From positions 2,144,001 through 2,208,000 of the forward strand of contig OZ255842.1 in NCBI GenBank assembly GCA_965277805.1: a stretch of DNA of 64,000 bases, written 5' to 3'. The stretch's first letter is position 1; each line of letters starts with the position of its first letter. A model generated the notes under the pieces. It did no database searches. It saw only the letters and a list, made by a program, of their open reading frames with translations, and had not been told where the DNA came from. This document shows positions 53,760 to 62,629 of the stretch, one piece after another. A program made the position numbers and the translations under genes. Origin of the DNA: Candidatus Lustribacter sp. (GTDB taxonomy: Bacteria > Vulcanimicrobiota > Vulcanimicrobiia > Vulcanimicrobiales > Vulcanimicrobiaceae).

Positions 53760-55448
53760 TTAGACACCACCGAAGCGTAGGCGGTTGAAACTGATCATCT
53801 GCACGAGCGGATCCGCACGATCGCCGCTCGCCGCGCGATCGACCAGCACGTTCACGACGGCCGTCTTCCCCCCGCGCACCGCCGCTAACGCCCGATCGAA
53901 GGCGGGGCCGACATCCGCGGGCGTCGGGGCAAACTCGCCGTCACATTCCAATCCTCGCGCAACGACGTCATACCGGCTCTGATTCATATCCACTCCGGTC
54001 GTGCCGTTGAATAACCGCAGCGTAATGTTGCGGCTCGAACCCCACGTGCCATCGTTCGCCACCATCACGAAGATAGGCAGCCTGTGGAGCGACGCGGTCG
54101 CAAGTTCGGCGAGATACTGTCCGAACGCACCGTCGCCGGTCCCGAGATACACGTGACGCGAGCTACCGTCTTCCTGAAACGCCGCCGCCGCGCCGATCGC
54201 AAACGGTAAGCCCATTCCCATCGCCCCGAACGGTTCGTGATCCAGAAATCCGGGCGACGATTGAATCCGCAGCGTCGCCTTATACCAGTTGTTGCAATTC
54301 GCGCCGTCGCCGACAAACAGCGCGTCCGGAGCCATGCGCGCGGCAAGTTCGCGCGCCATGCGCAGAGGATGCACTTGCCCCTCGTCGGATTTTCCCAAGC
54401 TCGCGATCTTCGCCACGCGCGGCGCAATGGCGGCCTTCGCCCAACTCCCGTCCCACGCAGCGGCCTTCGCTGCAACCAAATCGTCTCGCAGCGCCTCGAG
54501 CGCGAGCCGCGTGTCGCCCGCCATCGGCGCTTCAACCACGCGGTTGCGTCCGATCTCTGCCGCAGTGTTCGTAATCTGAATGTACGCCGCGTCGACTGCA
54601 AAGAACGGCGGCGCGGCAAACCCGATACCGCCCTCGAGCCGTCCGCCGGCAAAAATGACGACGTCCGCTTCGCGCGCGCAGATGCTCCCCATCGGCCAGC
54701 CGAACACGGTCTCAAAATCTTCGGGAATGAGTCCGCGGCTCGGGCCCTGCAGCAACACCGGAATGCCGAACTCGCGATTGAGCTGCGATAAAACGTCGCC
54801 CGCATGCGACCAATACGCCCCGCGTCCCGCTACGATGAGCGGTCGCTTCGCCTTCGCCAACAACGCCGATGCACGGGCCACGTCTTCCGGCGCCGGACGC
54901 GGTTCGCGCGCGCGAATCACCGGCCCGAGCGAACGCGCCGCCACGGCTTCATCCACTTCCGCCGTCGCAACGTCACGCGGAATCTCAAGCAGCACGGGGC
55001 CCGGGTCGCCGGAGAGCGCGATCCGCGCCGCCATCTCGACGTACTCGCCGAGCCGGTTCGCATCGTGCACGACTTGCGACCACTTCGTCACCGAGCGCAC
55101 CAGCCGCGCATGATCGAGCTCTTGCTGCGGGCGCGCATCGAGCATCGCAAACGGGTTCCGTCCCGCGAAGACGATCAGCGGCGTCCCGGCATCGTTGGCC
55201 GATGCGATCCCGCCGACCGCGTTCGCCAGTCCCGGCCCCGATGTTACGCACGCGACCCCAAGCGAACGCCGCGTCGTCGCGTACCCATCGGCCGCGAGCA
55301 CCACCGCGCTCTCGTGGCGCATGTGCAGCAGCCGCATGCCGCGCCGGTCGACCGCCCCGAAGAACGATTCGAGGTGTCCGGGCAAACCGAACACCGTCCG
55401 AACGCCTTGGCGCTCCACCGCCGCCGCCATCAGGTCCGCTCCAAGCAT
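53760..55448 (-). CDS. TPP-binding enzyme (ALS/2-hydroxyacyl-CoA lyase/benzaldehyde lyase-like)
   Basis: RHESA, TSGPG, PGPVLLEIP, GAMGMGLP, GDGAFG...ND; AGGAG RBS before ATG 55448. Confidence 0.92.
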   Translation of the reverse strand: MLGADLMAAAVERQGVRTVFGLPGHLESFFGAVDRRGMRLLHMRHESAVVLAADGYATTRRSLGVACVTSGPGLANAVGGIASANDAGTPLIVFAGRNPFAMLDARPQQELDHARLVRSVTKWSQVVHDANRLGEYVEMAARIALSGDPGPVLLEIPRDVATAEVDEAVAARSLGPVIRAREPRPAPEDVARASALLAKAKRPLIVAGRGAYWSHAGDVLSQLNREFGIPVLLQGPSRGLIPEDFETVFGWPMGSICAREADVVIFAGGRLEGGIGFAAPPFFAVDAAYIQITNTAAEIGRNRVVEAPMAGDTRLALEALRDDLVAAKAAAWDGSWAKAAIAPRVAKIASLGKSDEGQVHPLRMARELAARMAPDALFVGDGANCNNWYKATLRIQSSPGFLDHEPFGAMGMGLPFAIGAAAAFQEDGSSRHVYLGTGDGAFGQYLAELATASLHRLPIFVMVANDGTWGSSRNITLRLFNGTTGVDMNQSRYDVVARGLECDGEFAPTPADVGPAFDRALAAVRGGKTAVVNVLVDRAASGDRADPLVQMISFNRLRFGGV

Positions 55449-55470
55449 TATTTCTCCTCGGGAAGGGCGA

Positions 55471-55968
55471 ATGGGTCGTTCAATGAGTAAACGAGCTTCC
55501 CTCGACATTCGGCAAATGCGGAACGAAGATTTTCTCAGCTACAAGATCAGCGTCCTCAGCCGCATCCTCGACCGCGGGGTCGACAAGAAGCTGCTGACCG
55601 GCCTGAACCTGCCGCTCACCTCGCTGCGCATCCTCGGCCACCTCCACGCGCACGGCGAAGGCCGCGTGCTCGCCATCGCGCGCAACATGCATCTGCTCGG
55701 TTCGCAGATCAGCCAGAGCATGACCGAGCTCGTCAACTACGGCCACGTCGCAAAGAAGCCCGACCCAACCGACAAGCGCGGCACGCTGTTCCGTCTCACC
55801 CCGAAGGGCCGCCGGCTCTACGAAGGCGTCTTGGCCCGGGCGCAAGCCAAGCAAGAAACCGTGGCCGAGGTGATCGGTCCCGCCAACTATGCCCTCGTGA
55901 GCGACTGCCTCGACGCGCTGATCGCGCACTACGGAGCCCCCGGAGCAGCCGTCCTCGAGTCCGCGTAG
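55471..55968 (+). CDS. MarR family transcriptional regulator
   Basis: FLSYKISVLSR, DPTDKR, LTPKGR; start uncertain (55471/55483/55516). Confidence 0.88.
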   Translation: MGRSMSKRASLDIRQMRNEDFLSYKISVLSRILDRGVDKKLLTGLNLPLTSLRILGHLHAHGEGRVLAIARNMHLLGSQISQSMTELVNYGHVAKKPDPTDKRGTLFRLTPKGRRLYEGVLARAQAKQETVAEVIGPANYALVSDCLDALIAHYGAPGAAVLESA

Positions 55969-55980
55969 AAGACCATCCGC

Positions 55981-57270
55981 ATGGCCCTGACCCAGACACA
56001 GCAGCAAACCCTCATTGAAACCGGCCGCGGCACGCCGATGGGCGAGCTCTTCCGCCGCTATTGGATCCCGGCGATGCTCTCGTGGGAACTCCCCGAGCCC
56101 GATTGCGACCCGGTGCAGATCCGCTTGATGGGCGAAGACTTACTCGGTTTTCGCGACACCGCCGGCAACCTCGGCCTCGTGCAAGAATTCTGCCCGCACC
56201 GCGGCGTCTCGCTCTTCTACGGACGCAACGAAGAGTGCGGCATCCGCTGCTCCTATCACGGGTGGAAGTTCGACGTGAACGGCACCTGCGTCGACATGCC
56301 GTCCGAACCCGACGAGAGCAGCTTCAAAGATAAGGTGCGACTGACGGCTTACCGGCTGATCGAACAGGGCGGCGTGCTGTGGGCGTACATGGGCCCGCCC
56401 GAACTCGAACCGCCGCTGCCGCAACTCGAGTGGTCGCTGCTGCCGCCCGCCAATCGCTACGTCTCCAAGCGCATTCAGGAGTGCAACTACCTGCAAGCGC
56501 TCGAGGGCGGGATCGACTCGAGCCACGTCTCAACGCTGCACCGCTTCAACCTCGACGACGATCCGATGCACGTAGGCGCGCACGGCAACGTCTTCCTCAA
56601 AGCCGACACGCGGCCGAAGTTCGAAGTGCAAGATTCCAAGAGCGGCTTACTCATCGGCGCGCGCCGCAATGCGGATGCGCAGAACGACTACTGGCGCATC
56701 ACGCCGTTCATCATGCCGTGGTACACGATCATCCCGCCGTTCGGCGCTAACGTAATCGGCGCGCACGCGTTCGTTCCGATGGACGACGAAAATTGCTGGA
56801 CGTGGAGCATCAACTACGATCCGGCCCGCGAACTCACCAAAGAGGAAGTCGCCGCAATGGATGCGGGCATGGGCATTCACGTCGAGTACGTTCCCGGCAC
56901 GTTCCGCCCGAAGGCCAACCGCGACAACCACTACCTCATCGACCGCAGCGCGCAGCGCGGCAAGAAATCGTTCAGCGGCGTCAAGGGCATTTCGATGCAA
57001 GACGCCTCGCTGCAAGAGAGCATGGGCCGCATCGTCGACCGCACGACCGAACGGCTCGGAACGAGCGACGCCGCGATCATCGCCGCGCGCCGCACGCTCC
57101 TGCGCGCCGCGGAAGAACTCGTGGAAGGCGGCCCGCCGCCGATCGCGACCGAGCCCGAAGCGCAGTACGTCCGTTCCGCGTCGATCCTGATTCCGAAGGG
57201 CGTTCCGTTCGCCGAAGGCGCCGCCGAAGCACTCCGCGCCGCCCCCGGCAAACCGTTCGTCAGCGTCTAG
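55981..57270 (+). CDS. Rieske oxygenase alpha subunit, phthalate 4,5-dioxygenase-like
   Basis: GTPMGELFRRYWIP, CPHR..CSYHGW, CNYLQALEGGIDSSHVSTLH, QDASLQESMG, ERLGTSD. Confidence 0.94.
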   Translation: MALTQTQQQTLIETGRGTPMGELFRRYWIPAMLSWELPEPDCDPVQIRLMGEDLLGFRDTAGNLGLVQEFCPHRGVSLFYGRNEECGIRCSYHGWKFDVNGTCVDMPSEPDESSFKDKVRLTAYRLIEQGGVLWAYMGPPELEPPLPQLEWSLLPPANRYVSKRIQECNYLQALEGGIDSSHVSTLHRFNLDDDPMHVGAHGNVFLKADTRPKFEVQDSKSGLLIGARRNADAQNDYWRITPFIMPWYTIIPPFGANVIGAHAFVPMDDENCWTWSINYDPARELTKEEVAAMDAGMGIHVEYVPGTFRPKANRDNHYLIDRSAQRGKKSFSGVKGISMQDASLQESMGRIVDRTTERLGTSDAAIIAARRTLLRAAEELVEGGPPPIATEPEAQYVRSASILIPKGVPFAEGAAEALRAAPGKPFVSV

Positions 57271-57707
57271 TCCCGAAATGCGTTGATCGCATGAGCGAGT
57301 TCCGTGCGCAGGGCCGTCACGTCGATTGCCAGTGCACCATCCTCGCCCACCTCGAGCGGGACGGCGAATTCGTGCTGGAGGTGCGGCTGCGCATCGAGCC
57401 GCGCGACCTCGCAATGCCCTTGCAAATGATAGCAGCACTCAGCTGAAGCATCGAAGTCGCTGCGCAAATAGAGCGTGATCTCGGCCAGCAGCGACGGCTC
57501 GACGCGCTGCGCCGAAATATGCACCGTACCGCTTTCAGTGATGCCTACTTTAACGATCGGCGCCGTGTCGACGCCGCCGTCGCCATCGAAAAACGGACCG
57601 CTGAACGCGCTGAGAGCCTGGTCGCGCACTTCGGTGAGAATGTCGCGCACGGCGCGTGGATGGGCAGTGCGCGTCTCGAGCTCCGCGCGGGCCGGCGGCT
57701 CTTTCAT
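57267..57707 (-). CDS. Hypothetical protein
   Basis: 146-aa ATG ORF filling the gap and convergent with the oxygenase; no motif recognised. Confidence 0.55.
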   Translation of the reverse strand: MKEPPARAELETRTAHPRAVRDILTEVRDQALSAFSGPFFDGDGGVDTAPIVKVGITESGTVHISAQRVEPSLLAEITLYLRSDFDASAECCYHLQGHCEVARLDAQPHLQHEFAVPLEVGEDGALAIDVTALRTELAHAINAFRD

Positions 57708-57775
57708 AGAACTGCTATATCCGTAAGCTGCGAAAGCATGTCGGCCAGATGGCCAACAACCACAGCGCCGGCCGA

Positions 57776-58654
57776 TCAGCAGTTACATTTGATCGCGAAG
57801 GCACGCTCGTTGCCGAGTAACGACTCGCCCACGCTGGCGTGCGCCGCCATGTGCCGATCGGTAATCTTGATTCCACCGCCCCGGTAAAGTTCTTCCGTGG
57901 CGATCTCCCAGTCGCGATTTCCGTCGACGTCCCACTGAAACGGAAGCGACTTCATCGCCCAGTTGCCCGGATCGAACTCCGGGGCGAGTTCGAGCGTTCG
58001 ACGCAGAATTTCGCGCTGCTGCGCCGCTTCGTGCGGCTTTCCGGCCGGACAGCCTAAAGGGAAATCCAAGAAGCAGGTGCGAGGCGGCTTTACGGCAGCG
58101 CTCATTTCCCAGAGCACGCTCGTGCTGATCGTCGGCAATCCACGAGCCTCTAAAGCACGAGCGATGAGGCCGGTCGCTCGATGACACGCGGGGCAGAACG
58201 GGAGCATTAATACAAGGTCGACTCCCTGCGCGTCGAAGACTGCCTTAATTCGCGGCACCGTCTGTTCCATCAATTCGGTATAGCGCTCGATCGATCCGAC
58301 CATCGAGACGTTCGTGTGGGCGAGCCGCTTGAACATTCCCTCGCGTTCCAACTCTTTCATCCGGTCGATCGGGTAGGCCACGTTCAGGTCCTCCAGGGCC
58401 CACTTGCGCACGAGAGTTTGGTGCGACACCACCAGCCGATCGATCGGCGTATCCCGCGGCAGCAACCGAAACGTTATGTCTTCCGTCTCAAGGAGCGGCG
58501 GGTCTTCGGGGAGTTGCGCGCCGCAACTCACGAATATCCCGATTGTTGATTCCGCCACCGGTTTGCGCAAAGGCACAAGCGTGGGTGGATCAAACTCGGG
58601 CATCGGAATCGATCGCCCTGATTCGGCGAGAAATCGAGAGAAGCTATATGGCAT
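57776..58654 (-). CDS. D-proline/glycine reductase selenoprotein B (PrdB/GrdB)-like protein, Cys variant
   Basis: DITFRLLP, SH, DLNVAYPIDRMKEL, GVDLVLMLPFCPACHR, ALEARGLPT, PPR, GKPH; C-terminal CNC. Confidence 0.85.
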   Translation of the reverse strand: MPYSFSRFLAESGRSIPMPEFDPPTLVPLRKPVAESTIGIFVSCGAQLPEDPPLLETEDITFRLLPRDTPIDRLVVSHQTLVRKWALEDLNVAYPIDRMKELEREGMFKRLAHTNVSMVGSIERYTELMEQTVPRIKAVFDAQGVDLVLMLPFCPACHRATGLIARALEARGLPTISTSVLWEMSAAVKPPRTCFLDFPLGCPAGKPHEAAQQREILRRTLELAPEFDPGNWAMKSLPFQWDVDGNRDWEIATEELYRGGGIKITDRHMAAHASVGESLLGNERAFAIKCNC

Positions 58655-58663
58655 TTTTAGGTT

Positions 58664-59017
58664 TCATCCCGCCACCGGCCGAGCGTTTTGTGCTGCATAC
58701 GTGTCGTGCGATTCGCTGGAACTGTCGATGTGCCGGTCCCAACGCACGAGCGTCGCGTCTCCGAACACGCCTTTTTTGGTGAACGGATCGCCGGCGTGAA
58801 AGTCTTTGACCGCCTTCATCGACGTGGCTTCGAGGATAAAGAAACTACCAACATTCTGATCGCTCGCGTCGCTGCCGCACATCGGTCCGGCCTGGAGGAT
58901 GTGAACGTTCTCGCCCGGGGACAGAAATGGGACCAGATATGCGCGGTGTTCCGACCGCGTTGTGTCGCGTAAAGCGTCCTTCCCTGGGCTGTCAAAACAC
59001 ATTCTAAGGTAGAGCAT
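58664..59017 (-). CDS. YciI family protein
   Basis: R..HRAYL, AGP, GSFFILEA, DPF. Confidence 0.9.
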   Translation of the reverse strand: MLYLRMCFDSPGKDALRDTTRSEHRAYLVPFLSPGENVHILQAGPMCGSDASDQNVGSFFILEATSMKAVKDFHAGDPFTKKGVFGDATLVRWDRHIDSSSESHDTYAAQNARPVAG

Positions 59018-59055
59018 ATCGCCTCACTTTCTGCAATTAATACTCGAGCGCGTCG

Positions 59056-59439
59056 CTACTGTAGGACAAATTTACCGTCTGAGAACGTAAGCCGGATGGT
59101 GAGCCCGCCTTCATTCACCATCCACGGCCGGACAACGAATGAGCGTGCTCCGCATTTGTGCATCGGATCGCTCGCGGCTAGTTCCTTGGCGTGCGTGAGT
59201 GAGCGCGCGCGAATAACGAACATTCCATCGCCCTCCCACTGCGTCTCATCATCCGTCCAATGTGGACCGGCTGCCACCATGATGCCGTCCGCCTCGATCT
59301 TGCATTGGTGTGCAAGATGCGCCTCGAGGTTTTCCATCACGGGTTCGATCCCGTTTGTGGGAGTACTGAACACGACGTAAAATTGCTTTTGCAGCATGCC
59401 CATACTGGCTTGCATAACATCGTCTTTAGTGACGGGCAT
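59056..59439 (-). CDS. YciI family protein
   Basis: HLAHQ, AAGP, GMFVIRA, DPMH, VRPW. Confidence 0.88.
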   Translation of the reverse strand: MPVTKDDVMQASMGMLQKQFYVVFSTPTNGIEPVMENLEAHLAHQCKIEADGIMVAAGPHWTDDETQWEGDGMFVIRARSLTHAKELAASDPMHKCGARSFVVRPWMVNEGGLTIRLTFSDGKFVLQ

Positions 59440-60647
59440 CAGTCCGCACCGCCGCCCTTCGGCAAAAGCCCCTCGGGCCGCTCGAAGTTATGAAGTGGAC
59501 GCCCTTCGGCCAGTGCTTTGAGTTCCTGAGTATAAAGTCGCCGAATCGCGACGACCCCGACGTCCGTCGAGCCGAGATTTTCGATGCCGCGACGGCGATC
59601 GGCGATGACGCCCTGACCCACTTGCACGACTTCGTCCTGCGCGAGCGGCACGTGGTGGCATATTTCGGCGATCTTGTCGTAAGGCAGCTCGCCCCGCAAA
59701 ACCTTCTGCGCTACTTCGTGAGCCTCTGCTTCCGCGTTCGCGAAATCTTTCCAGCGCTTCTTGTACTCCTCGCTGGGCTTGCCGTTCATGAAGGTAGCGA
59801 TGCAATGGACCTGGAGGTGGGAGACATCGTCGACCGGTACCCGATAGTCGAGGAACATCTGCCACGCGGTCTCGTCCGCGTTGCGTTCTTCGCCTTGGCG
59901 TTTGATGTTGTCGGGATGCACGGCGAACATGCAGATGTTGGGCATGCCGAACTGCACGATGCGGTCGTTACCGTCTTGTTTCTTGGCGACCATGCGCAGG
60001 CCCCAAGGCGTTTTCTCGCACGACAGCTCGGGGAGATGCTTCAGATCAAGGCCTTCGAGCGCGGAGCGCTTGTGCGTGAACCAAACGTGAGCTTCGTCCT
60101 GATAGTTCTCGACGTTCTGAAACCAATTGCACGGGCGCGTATCAATCTGCGCCGAGACGAAGGGGGCGTTTTCCCATTCGGGATAGCGGGTAAATTCCGG
60201 CGGTTCGCCTTCGCCGAGATAGACCCAGATGAAGCCGAGATATTCCTGTGTCGCGTATCCACCGATGCGGATGTGGTTGGCGAACCCGGCCCGCTCCATC
60301 GGCTGGTCCACACACTGACCGGTCGGGGCATATGCCCAGCCGTGATACGGGCAGCGGATCACGTCGCCTTCGACCCACCCCGTGCTGAGCATCGCGCCGC
60401 GATGCGCGCAGCGGTTCTCGACGCAATGGACCTGGCCGTCCTGACTGCGATACAGCGCGAGCTTCTGGCTCATGATCGTCAGTGGCTTCGCGGCGCCGGG
60501 CTCAAGGTTGCGACCGCAATAGATGGGGTGCCAGAAACGCCGCAGGTACGTGCCGGCCAAGGTTCCCGGACCGGTGCGGATATAGTCGACCGTGCCGGGA
60601 TCGGTGAACTGCGCGATGTCTAACTCAACGGGTTCCTGTTCGATCAT
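59439..60647 (-). CDS. Rieske oxygenase alpha subunit (LigX/O-demethylase-like)
   Basis: TGPGTLAGTYLRRFWHP, CAHR..CPYHGW, CNWFQNVENYQDEAHVWFTH, QD, ENLGSTD. Confidence 0.92.
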   Translation of the reverse strand: MIEQEPVELDIAQFTDPGTVDYIRTGPGTLAGTYLRRFWHPIYCGRNLEPGAAKPLTIMSQKLALYRSQDGQVHCVENRCAHRGAMLSTGWVEGDVIRCPYHGWAYAPTGQCVDQPMERAGFANHIRIGGYATQEYLGFIWVYLGEGEPPEFTRYPEWENAPFVSAQIDTRPCNWFQNVENYQDEAHVWFTHKRSALEGLDLKHLPELSCEKTPWGLRMVAKKQDGNDRIVQFGMPNICMFAVHPDNIKRQGEERNADETAWQMFLDYRVPVDDVSHLQVHCIATFMNGKPSEEYKKRWKDFANAEAEAHEVAQKVLRGELPYDKIAEICHHVPLAQDEVVQVGQGVIADRRRGIENLGSTDVGVVAIRRLYTQELKALAEGRPLHNFERPEGLLPKGGGAD

Positions 60648-61651
60648 TGACGCTCTCCTTCAAATTGCGGTGAGACCCAATCCGCCACGCTCTGCGCAAG
60701 CTCGTGGGCCAGGTCGAGATCGTGACAGTACACACCGATTGCGCCGGCCACCGCCGTACCGACGCGGATCGGGTATCCGCCAGGCAACGCCAGCATCCGG
60801 TACGGAACCGCGTCCATCAGTCTGTCGAGGACGCCGCCGGAATAATGACGGTGAGCGGCGATGTCGCGCGAAGCCATGCCGAAATTGACTGCCGCCGTCG
60901 CAGTGGCTATCGCGATGTCGGCCCCCATTGGCGGCGCACCGTCCATTCGATCAAGCGTGACGGCATCGCCGGCCGCGTCAACGACGGCGACTGCCGCACG
61001 CGCCCCCGTTTCCGTCGCCTGGGCTATCACCCAATCGGAAACCGCCCGCGCTCGCGTCAGAACAGCCTGCCTGCTAGCCTCGGGCACCGGATCCATGGCC
61101 GTTCCCTTCATCGTCGGATCCGGCGGAGCTCCGTAGGCTTCTGTCCAGCGAGCGGCGTCATCTCCGTGCTGCGGATTGTACGACATGCCGAGGGCGTAGC
61201 TGATGATCGTGTCCTCGAGATTCGCAGGCTTGCCGTCGACCATAAGTTGGGACGGCGGGACGCCCGGCAACTTGACGAATGGCCCGATGCCGAGGCCCGT
61301 CGCAATGGCGCCGACGATCCGGCCGTCCTCTATCACCGGCATCCCACCGGCGCCTGGAAACGGCTGATCGCGAAGAACGGCCTGATAGCTGGCGAAGACG
61401 CCGGGAAACTTCGCCATTCGTTCGGCGAAGCGCGCGCTCGGCTCGCCGTTCGCGGCCGTGGCAAACGCCTTCGCACGAACGAGCGGCAAGGCGGCGGGGG
61501 CGCAGCCATCCATGCGGACCACGCTCACCGGAGCTCCCGAAGCGTCGACCACGATGAAGGTTCCGGACTGCCGAAAAGCCTCGCACTTCGACACCGCACG
61601 CGCAAGCAACGCGCGGGCTTTGGAAAGCGTGAGGGTACTGGAATCAATCAT
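60644..61651 (-). CDS. Tandem GlcG/HbpS (heme-binding) domain protein
   Basis: Two VVDA.G....RMDG...A...AA...GG.P....G...GAI repeats. Confidence 0.85.
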   Translation of the reverse strand: MIDSSTLTLSKARALLARAVSKCEAFRQSGTFIVVDASGAPVSVVRMDGCAPAALPLVRAKAFATAANGEPSARFAERMAKFPGVFASYQAVLRDQPFPGAGGMPVIEDGRIVGAIATGLGIGPFVKLPGVPPSQLMVDGKPANLEDTIISYALGMSYNPQHGDDAARWTEAYGAPPDPTMKGTAMDPVPEASRQAVLTRARAVSDWVIAQATETGARAAVAVVDAAGDAVTLDRMDGAPPMGADIAIATATAAVNFGMASRDIAAHRHYSGGVLDRLMDAVPYRMLALPGGYPIRVGTAVAGAIGVYCHDLDLAHELAQSVADWVSPQFEGERQ

Positions 61652-61745
61652 GAGGGCGCAAACCTTTTGTCGAAGATCGCAATCGGCCTATACGCGTCTT
61701 CAGTCGAGCCGAACTGTACCAGAGGAAGGACGCGGTCATGAAGTC

Positions 61746-61774
61746 GAGTAGAACTCCTAGTACTTCTAGTACTC
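61746..61774. promoter_or_regulatory. Operator-like CTAGTACT direct repeat (61757 and 61766) within an imperfect GAGTA..TACTC palindrome
   Basis: In the divergent region between the GlcG operon and the MmyB-like regulator. Confidence 0.45.
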
Positions 61775-61789
61775 GTCCACGGAGCGCCC

Positions 61790-62629
61790 ATGAACTCCGC
61801 TGATCCGGCCGCGCGTCGCAAAGAGCTGGGGATGTTTTTGCGCTCGCGGCGCCAAGCGATTGCACCCGAGGCTGCCGGGCTACGGCGAGGCGCGCGCCGC
61901 ATCGCGCGTGGCTTGCGTCGCGAGGAAGTGGCCGGCCTCGCGAACATTGGGGTCGTTTGGTATACCTGGCTCGAGCAGGGGCGCCCCGTGCGACCCTCTT
62001 CCGAAACGCTCACGCGGATTGCTCGCGTGCTGCGGCTCTCCCCGGAGGAATCGGGCTATGTCTTTAGCTTGGCCGAAAGGCAAATCGTACCATGGGGCGA
62101 GCTCGTAACGGCGGTGTCAGGCGACATCAAGGCGATGCTCAATGCGTTCACCGGCAGCGCGTTCGCGGTCAACGCGCGTATGGATCATCTTGCCTGGAAC
62201 CGGCAAACGGCGGCCCTCTACGAATTCGGCGACGGCACTGATTGGAAAGCCAACAATCACATTTGGCGCATGTTCAAGGACCCGGTCCTACGCCGCATCG
62301 TGCGTAACTGGGACGAGATGTTCCACGGTCCAGTCGCAATCTTTCGCTCGTTGTATGCCCATCATGGTGCAGACGCCCGCATCGACGAACTCCTTGACGC
62401 GCTTGCCGATTCGCCCGAGTTCACGCGCGCGTGGTCTGAAAAAACGGTCGGCCGCGGGCCGGCTATTGAGCTCTGCTTCGAAACGGCCGCCGGGCCGATC
62501 GCGGTGCGGTCGATGACCTTAGAGCCGCCCGCACTTCCAGGGGTCGTGTTGTTTCTGCAAACGCCGCTCGATGACAAAAGCCACGCCGCCCTCCAGCACT
62601 TAGCCAAGCGAACCGGATTGCACTCATGA
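61790..62629 (+). CDS. XRE/MmyB-type transcriptional regulator (HTH + PAS-like ligand domain)
   Basis: ELGMFLRSRR, GLRREEVAGLA, WYTWLEQGR, LAWN, SPEFTRAW. Confidence 0.93.
   Translation: MNSADPAARRKELGMFLRSRRQAIAPEAAGLRRGARRIARGLRREEVAGLANIGVVWYTWLEQGRPVRPSSETLTRIARVLRLSPEESGYVFSLAERQIVPWGELVTAVSGDIKAMLNAFTGSAFAVNARMDHLAWNRQTAALYEFGDGTDWKANNHIWRMFKDPVLRRIVRNWDEMFHGPVAIFRSLYAHHGADARIDELLDALADSPEFTRAWSEKTVGRGPAIELCFETAAGPIAVRSMTLEPPALPGVVLFLQTPLDDKSHAALQHLAKRTGLHS

Noticed and set aside
58185-58200. Selenocysteine in the PrdB-like protein
   Set aside because: The codon at the U position is TGC (Cys) and the frame has no internal TGA.
57700-59500. Genomic island or mobile element suggested by lower GC
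   Set aside because: No integrase, transposase, tRNA or flanking direct repeats seen; composition alone is insufficient.
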